Shown: positions 27,541 through 32,000 of the stretch, piece by piece
How the letters are laid out: each line of letters starts with the position of its first letter
How positions within the stretch are numbered: the first letter of the stretch is position 1
NCBI RefSeq assembly: GCF_000025945.1
Contig: NC_006138.1
Span: 930,001 to 962,000 of the forward strand
Reading direction: 5' to 3'
From: Desulfotalea psychrophila LSv54
GTDB taxonomy: Bacteria > Desulfobacterota > Desulfobulbia > Desulfobulbales > Desulfocapsaceae
DNA length: 32,000 nucleotides
Program-made: the position numbers and the translations under genes
Notes under the pieces: model-generated
What the model was told of the DNA's origin: nothing
Seen by the model: the letters and a program-made list of their open reading frames with translations, nothing else
The model's database searches: none

Positions 27541-29448
27541 TTATATTTTATCGTTACTTTTCAAATAGTTGAGCTTGCGAAGATGTACCTGTAGTACGGA
27601 CACTGCTGCCGGGGTGATACCTGAAATCCTGGATGCCTGTCCCAGGGAGATGGGACGGATTGTGGAGAGCTTCTCCACCACCTCATTTGAAAGTCCGGAG
27701 AGCTGAGCGTAGTTGAGATCCTCGGGGAGTTTCAAGGTCTCCATTCGTTTGAAGCGTTGCACCTGCTCCTCCTGACGTTGCAGGTAGCCCTTGAACTTGA
27801 TTCGGACCTGAACCTCCTGGCAGACAGCAGAGTTTGCCAGGGCGATAACCGCCTCTTTGTCTCCTGCTGTCAGTGGTAACTTCTGGAGGAAGGTGATATT
27901 TATCTCAGGCCTTCTCAGCAGGGAGGAGAGTGCTGATTTTTGTTTCAGATCAGCGCTAGCCGCATCGTTGAGTATTCTGTTTACCTCGGCAGTCGGTTTG
28001 ATAGATATTGCATCCAAGGTGGCACATCCTGCATCTATTGCGGCCTGCTTAATGAGATATCTTTGGTGTTTGTCTTCATCTAAGAGACCAATATCCTTGC
28101 CGATTTGGCATAGTCTGCTGTCCGCATTGTCCTCTCGCAGGAGGAGTCGGTATTCGGCTCTTGAGGTGAAGAGGCGGTAGGGTTCTTTCGTGCCGCAGGT
28201 AACCAGATCGTCAATTAAAACGCCAATATAAGCCTGCGATCTATCGAGGATTAGTGGTTCTCTCTCCTCTAGATACCTTGTGGCGTTAATGCCCGCCATC
28301 AAACCTTGGGCGGCTGCCTCTTCATAGCCTGATGTGCCGTTAATCTGACCGGCAAGGTAGAGGTTTTCGATTTTTTTGGTGGCAAGGGATGGGCGGAGTC
28401 CAAGAGGATCTATATAGTCGTACTCGATGGCATATCCCGGGCGGATAATTCGGGCATTCTCAAGACCTTTTATGCTCTGTAGCATCTCAATCTGCACCTC
28501 CAGAGGCAGGCTGGTGGGCAGGCCGTTGGGATAGACCTCCACCGTGTCCAGTCCTTCTGGCTCGAGGAATACCTGGTGTCGATCTTTTTCAGGAAAACGC
28601 ATGATCTTATCCTCGATGGAGGGGCAGTATCTGGCCCCAATCCCCTGGATAATGCCGGCATAGAGGGGTGATTGATCTATGCCCTTTCTGATTATTTCAT
28701 GAGTTTTTTCATTAGTGTAGGTGATATAGCAGGGAAGCTGTGGCAGGGTGTAGCCCTTGCCCTGTGAATCAAAGGAAAAGTGGGCAGGAGGCATATCGCT
28801 CTCCTGTGCCTCAAGCTCTGAGTAGTCAATGGTCAGGGAGTCGATGCGGGGAACGGTGCCAGTCTTCATTCTGCCCACGGCAAAGCCGTTATCATAGAAC
28901 CAGTCGGCCAGTCCGGTGGAGGGGCCGTCGCCGAGACGTCCTGCCGGGAAGTTTTTCAGGCCAATATGGACCAGTCCATTGAGAAAGGTGCCGGTGGCAA
29001 CAATGGCAGCCTTGACGGAAATCTTTTCATCAATGGTAGTGGTGACGCCGGTGATCTTGCCATCCTCAACAATAAAACCATTTACCTCCGTTTGGCTGAC
29101 GGTCAGGTTTTCCTGATGTTCGATAACAGATTTCATCTGCAGTCTATAAAGGAGGCGGTCGGCCTGGGCCCGTGATGACTGTACGGCTGGACCCTTTGAG
29201 GTGTTCAGGCGTCGGAACTGAATGGAGGTGGCATCGATAACTCTGGCCATCTCGCCGCCAAGGGCGTCAATTTCACGTACCAGGTGTCCCTTGGCAAGTC
29301 CGCCAATGGCAGGGTTGCAGGACATTGCCCCGATGGTGTCAACGTTCATTACCGCTAGCAGGGTTTTATGTCCAAGTCGGGCTGCTGCCAGGGCTGCCTC
29401 GCAACCGGCATGGCCGGCGCCAATTACTACTATATCAAAGTCGCTCAT
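27541..29448 (-). CDS. mnmG: tRNA uridine-5-carboxymethylaminomethyl(34) synthesis enzyme MnmG (GidA)
   Basis: MSDFDIVVIGAGHAGCEAA is the FAD-binding fold. Long MnmG blocks are present (GRMKTGTVPR, ARYCPSIEDK, GQINGTSGYEEAAAQG). ATG at 29448 is preferred over the tracked start at 29484. Confidence 0.96.
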   Translation of the reverse strand: MSDFDIVVIGAGHAGCEAALAAARLGHKTLLAVMNVDTIGAMSCNPAIGGLAKGHLVREIDALGGEMARVIDATSIQFRRLNTSKGPAVQSSRAQADRLLYRLQMKSVIEHQENLTVSQTEVNGFIVEDGKITGVTTTIDEKISVKAAIVATGTFLNGLVHIGLKNFPAGRLGDGPSTGLADWFYDNGFAVGRMKTGTVPRIDSLTIDYSELEAQESDMPPAHFSFDSQGKGYTLPQLPCYITYTNEKTHEIIRKGIDQSPLYAGIIQGIGARYCPSIEDKIMRFPEKDRHQVFLEPEGLDTVEVYPNGLPTSLPLEVQIEMLQSIKGLENARIIRPGYAIEYDYIDPLGLRPSLATKKIENLYLAGQINGTSGYEEAAAQGLMAGINATRYLEEREPLILDRSQAYIGVLIDDLVTCGTKEPYRLFTSRAEYRLLLREDNADSRLCQIGKDIGLLDEDKHQRYLIKQAAIDAGCATLDAISIKPTAEVNRILNDAASADLKQKSALSSLLRRPEINITFLQKLPLTAGDKEAVIALANSAVCQEVQVRIKFKGYLQRQEEQVQRFKRMETLKLPEDLNYAQLSGLSNEVVEKLSTIRPISLGQASRISGITPAAVSVLQVHLRKLNYLKSNDKI

Positions 29449-29473
29449 AAGAATAATGGGTAAAGGGTGAATT

Positions 29474-30319
29474 TCATAGGTCACTGTGTGCGGTTGACCA
29501 CCATATCAGGGCCCACCTGTGTGGAGTTGCGGGCTTTACTGTTATTTCGTTTTTGTCCTGGGCAATAATTCTGGTGCGCAGGTAGTCCCGGAGAAGGTCC
29601 TCTTCTCTGGTGTTCATCTCATGGAACATCCACTGGTAGGATTGCACCGCCGCCTCCAGTGAGTCGTATTTCTTCAGGCTGTCAAACTCGAGGATATTGA
29701 CGCAGGGATGGATGCCCATGCTGTAGAGCATGTTTAAAGTATATATGTAGTCCGGGCCGGAATGGAAAGGCCTGCCGATGATTTTAAATGCATGGCTGTC
29801 AAAGGGGGTCGGGTTAATTCTATCGGTGAGGAAGACGTATTTACTAGCGTAACTGTTGAGTTTGATAAGGGCTTTCTGCAGGTCATCCACCCCGAGGGAT
29901 CTGGAGGCAATGGCAATGTCGTGGGCTACGATATTTTTACTCTGCCAATCGTCCTGCCATGCACAGCAAATAGTCTCTATGTTGTCGATACCGGCAGCAG
30001 CAGCCTCGCTCTGCAGTTGATCTAACATTCCCTGCGAGTAGTCAATGGCGGTAACTCTTTGAACCTTCTTGGCAATGGGCAGGGCCAGGGTTCCAGAGCC
30101 CGCTCCTATGTCGAGTACCGTCATTCCTGTTTCCAGGGGAAGATGGGAGAGGAAGAGAGAGCTGTAGTTGCTCTCTTTAGCGCTTTTAGAAAAAGATGGT
30201 GCTTTTTTGTCCCAGTCACGTGCTTTTTTGCTTTTCCATGCCTTTTCCTTGCAGGCGTTGGCATGGAGTAACTTCCAGTCAATATCCTGGTAACAGCTGG
30301 GAGAGTTTTTCTTTGTCAT
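29474..30319 (-). CDS. Class I SAM-dependent methyltransferase (not RsmG-like)
   Basis: 281 aa. SAM-binding motif I is VLDIGAGSGTLALPIA, followed by the acidic-residue motif AIDYS. Size and sequence differ from RsmG/GidB. Confidence 0.75.
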   Translation of the reverse strand: MTKKNSPSCYQDIDWKLLHANACKEKAWKSKKARDWDKKAPSFSKSAKESNYSSLFLSHLPLETGMTVLDIGAGSGTLALPIAKKVQRVTAIDYSQGMLDQLQSEAAAAGIDNIETICCAWQDDWQSKNIVAHDIAIASRSLGVDDLQKALIKLNSYASKYVFLTDRINPTPFDSHAFKIIGRPFHSGPDYIYTLNMLYSMGIHPCVNILEFDSLKKYDSLEAAVQSYQWMFHEMNTREEDLLRDYLRTRIIAQDKNEITVKPATPHRWALIWWSTAHSDL

Positions 30320-30463
30320 AAAAAAAAGATTAGTTGAAAGTATGCGCAGTTAAGAACAGGTCTATTTTGTTTTTACCTGAGAAAAAAACGGTTTAGGTCC
30401 CTGCAAAAATATCACAGCTAAAGTTCTTTAGCAAGAATAGGTCTCTTCTACAAGTTAAAATGT

Positions 30464-30493
30464 TTGACACTAGCCCCTATTTGTGTTTAATAT
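30464..30493 (+). promoter_or_regulatory. Possible sigma70-type promoter of the rpmH operon
   Basis: TTGACA (30464-30469), an 18-nt spacer, then TAATAT (30488-30493). Pattern match only. Confidence 0.35.
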
Positions 30494-30658
30494 TCCCACT
30501 TTTCAAAAATGAAGAATTGTTGGGAATAGGCGATTTCCTAAGCAATGACCTGTACTGCTTGCTTTAGGCTTGCAGTTTTGTTTGTTGCGTGGGAAACTGA
30601 AGTACGCTTTTTTCTGAGAAATAGCCTGTATTCTGTAAAATAATAAGAGGAAGTCGAA

Positions 30659-30796
30659 ATGAGTAAAAGAACTTTTCAGCCAAGTAACATCAAGCGTAGT
30701 CGTACCCATGGTTTTCGTGCGCGTATGAGCACCCGTGCCGGTCGTGCAATTCTTAACGCTCGCAGAGCTAAAGGACGTAAGAGACTTTCTGCATAA
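30659..30796 (+). CDS. rpmH: 50S ribosomal protein L34
   Basis: Not in the ORF track because it is under 60 aa. Manual translation gives [45 protein letters not shown] (45 aa), a near-consensus L34. A GAGGAAG RBS lies upstream. Confidence 0.95.
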   Translation: MSKRTFQPSNIKRSRTHGFRARMSTRAGRAILNARRAKGRKRLSA

Positions 30797-30797
30797 T

Positions 30798-31160
30798 TTG
30801 GAAAGGTATCGGCTTCCAAAGACTGCCTTTGTTCGTAAAGGGTGGGAGTATGATGCGGTATATCGTGGAGGACGTCGCCTGCATGGCGTTGGTTTCACCA
30901 TTATTTACCTGCTGAACTCGACGGAGAATAATAGGTTAGGGATAAGCGTTCACCGTAAGCTTCGGGGAGCCGTTAAGCGCAATCGGATTAAGAGAATAAT
31001 TCGGGAGTGTTTTAGGTTACATCGTGATATCTTTCCTCAAAAAGCAGATATAGTTTTTGCTGTTCGTCCTGGGTTTGCTCTCTCTTCACCCGAACAGATT
31101 CGACAGGCAGTTGGGTCTCTTTGTGGTACTCCCTGTGGTGTATGCAATGAAAAAGCCTAA
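30798..31160 (+). CDS. rnpA: Ribonuclease P protein component
   Basis: The product is basic, with [23 protein letters not shown] and the RNR-like block [11 protein letters not shown]. It lies immediately after rpmH. No in-frame ATG exists downstream of rpmH, so TTG at 30798 is proposed. The start is uncertain. Confidence 0.8.
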   Translation: MERYRLPKTAFVRKGWEYDAVYRGGRRLHGVGFTIIYLLNSTENNRLGISVHRKLRGAVKRNRIKRIIRECFRLHRDIFPQKADIVFAVRPGFALSSPEQIRQAVGSLCGTPCGVCNEKA

Positions 31161-31383
31161 TTTTGCACAGTTACCCCGATTATTTATATTAGGGCTTGTC
31201 AAAGTCTACCAATACTGCATTTCTCCACTTTTTCCCCCAACGTGTCGTTTCACGCCCTGTTGTTCAACATATATGATTCAAGCAGTTGAAAAACATGGTG
31301 TGATACGAGGTGTTGCACTTGGCCTTTGGCGTATACTCCGCTGTCATCCATTTTCTAAGGGCGGCTATGACCCTGTTAAATGA
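31147..31383 (+). CDS. yidD: Membrane protein insertion efficiency factor YidD
   Basis: 78 aa from the ATG at 31147. It carries the YidD signature [22 protein letters not shown]...[12 protein letters not shown] and overlaps the end of rnpA. Confidence 0.92.
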   Translation: MKKPNFAQLPRLFILGLVKVYQYCISPLFPPTCRFTPCCSTYMIQAVEKHGVIRGVALGLWRILRCHPFSKGGYDPVK

Positions 31384-31441
31384 GCCGACTTAAACTAACA
31401 CAATCGAATTCTGCGTATTCACTGCGTAAGAGAACCTAACT

Positions 31442-32000
31442 ATGGAAACCAAAAGAGCCCTTCTTGCGATTGTTATCTCGTTTGCCATTCTATTTGGCTA
31501 TCAGTATTTCTTTCCTGGTCTTGATCAGCCAGTCCAAACTACTTCAGAAACTCAGACCACTGTAAATGGTACTTCTGCAAAACAGGCAGGAGCTATACAA
31601 GAAATTACTGCTCCAGTTATTCCCGTTGTCGCCTCCGCAAAATACGATCGTGTTCCACGTGATATCGTTGTTGATACAGATCTCTATACCGCAACAATTA
31701 GTGAAGCCGGCGGTGCTCTGAAAAGCTTTGTCCTGAAAGAGCAAAAAGAGACCAATGCTGAAGATTCTCCAGGTATGCAACTGGTTAACAATAGCAAGAC
31801 GGATGGCTATCCTTTGACGTTCTCCTGGGGTGGTGCCGCTCCTTCTAACCTGCTCTATACCAGCCAGGATAGCGAGGTACGTTTTGGTAGCAACGGTAAG
31901 GCCCGCCTTATTATGACTGCCAAATCATCTACTGGACTTGTTATTGAAAGGGTTTATACCTTTGATAAAAAGACCTATCTCTTTGATCTCGATGTTCGTG
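31442..32000 (+). CDS. yidC: Membrane protein insertase YidC; 3' end cut by window edge
   Basis: The frame is open from the ATG at 31442 to the window end. The N-terminus METKRALLAIVISFAILFGYQYFF is the TM anchor, followed by a periplasmic domain (TDLYTATISEAGGALKSFVLK). It holds the canonical position after rnpA and yidD. Confidence 0.9.
   Translation, partial: METKRALLAIVISFAILFGYQYFFPGLDQPVQTTSETQTTVNGTSAKQAGAIQEITAPVIPVVASAKYDRVPRDIVVDTDLYTATISEAGGALKSFVLKEQKETNAEDSPGMQLVNNSKTDGYPLTFSWGGAAPSNLLYTSQDSEVRFGSNGKARLIMTAKSSTGLVIERVYTFDKKTYLFDLDVR

Noticed and set aside
30735-30797. Upstream extension of the rnpA ORF (tracked start, a GTG at 30735) overlapping rpmH
   Set aside because: It would overlap 62 nt of the L34 coding sequence, and the extra residues are not RnpA-like. 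The TTG at 30798, directly after the rpmH stop, is the more plausible start.

Overview
Chromosomal window of mostly housekeeping genes. The gene content and order look deltaproteobacterial, possibly Desulfobulbaceae-like; this is inference, not verified. From left to right:

- A 5'-truncated NSS-family Na+ symporter, then alaS.
- A seven-gene F1Fo ATP synthase operon (b', b, delta, alpha, gamma, beta, epsilon) with no a, c or I subunit genes.
- A roughly 2-kb gene-free, repeat-rich island at 10.8-12.8 kb.
- A minus-strand operon: YfcE-like phosphoesterase, HIT hydrolase, mutS.
- An FMN-dependent alpha-hydroxy-acid dehydrogenase-family gene, divergent from a rhodanese lipoprotein.
- efp-epmA.
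- A minus-strand run: beta-carbonic anhydrase, long SulP/STAS transporter, NhaD antiporter, YgiQ radical-SAM protein.
- lgt, mnmG and a class I methyltransferase on the minus strand.
- rpmH-rnpA-yidD-yidC, with yidC truncated by the window edge.

No rRNA, tRNA, CRISPR array, transposase, integrase or recognisable defence genes were seen.

The only clearly non-ordinary stretch is the atpC-mutS island. It holds two tandem modules with conserved flanks (repeat A about 220 bp, repeat B about 138 bp) around completely unrelated cores. One core is G+C-rich, densely self-complementary and bracketed by a 7-bp direct repeat. The modules sit among phased 42-bp tandem repeats that each carry a TATACA-N2-TGTATA inverted repeat. 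I cannot assign this island to any known RNA or mobile-element family from sequence alone.

The second point of interest is the carbonic anhydrase-SulP-NhaD cluster, in which the SulP protein carries an unusual insertion of about 140 aa.
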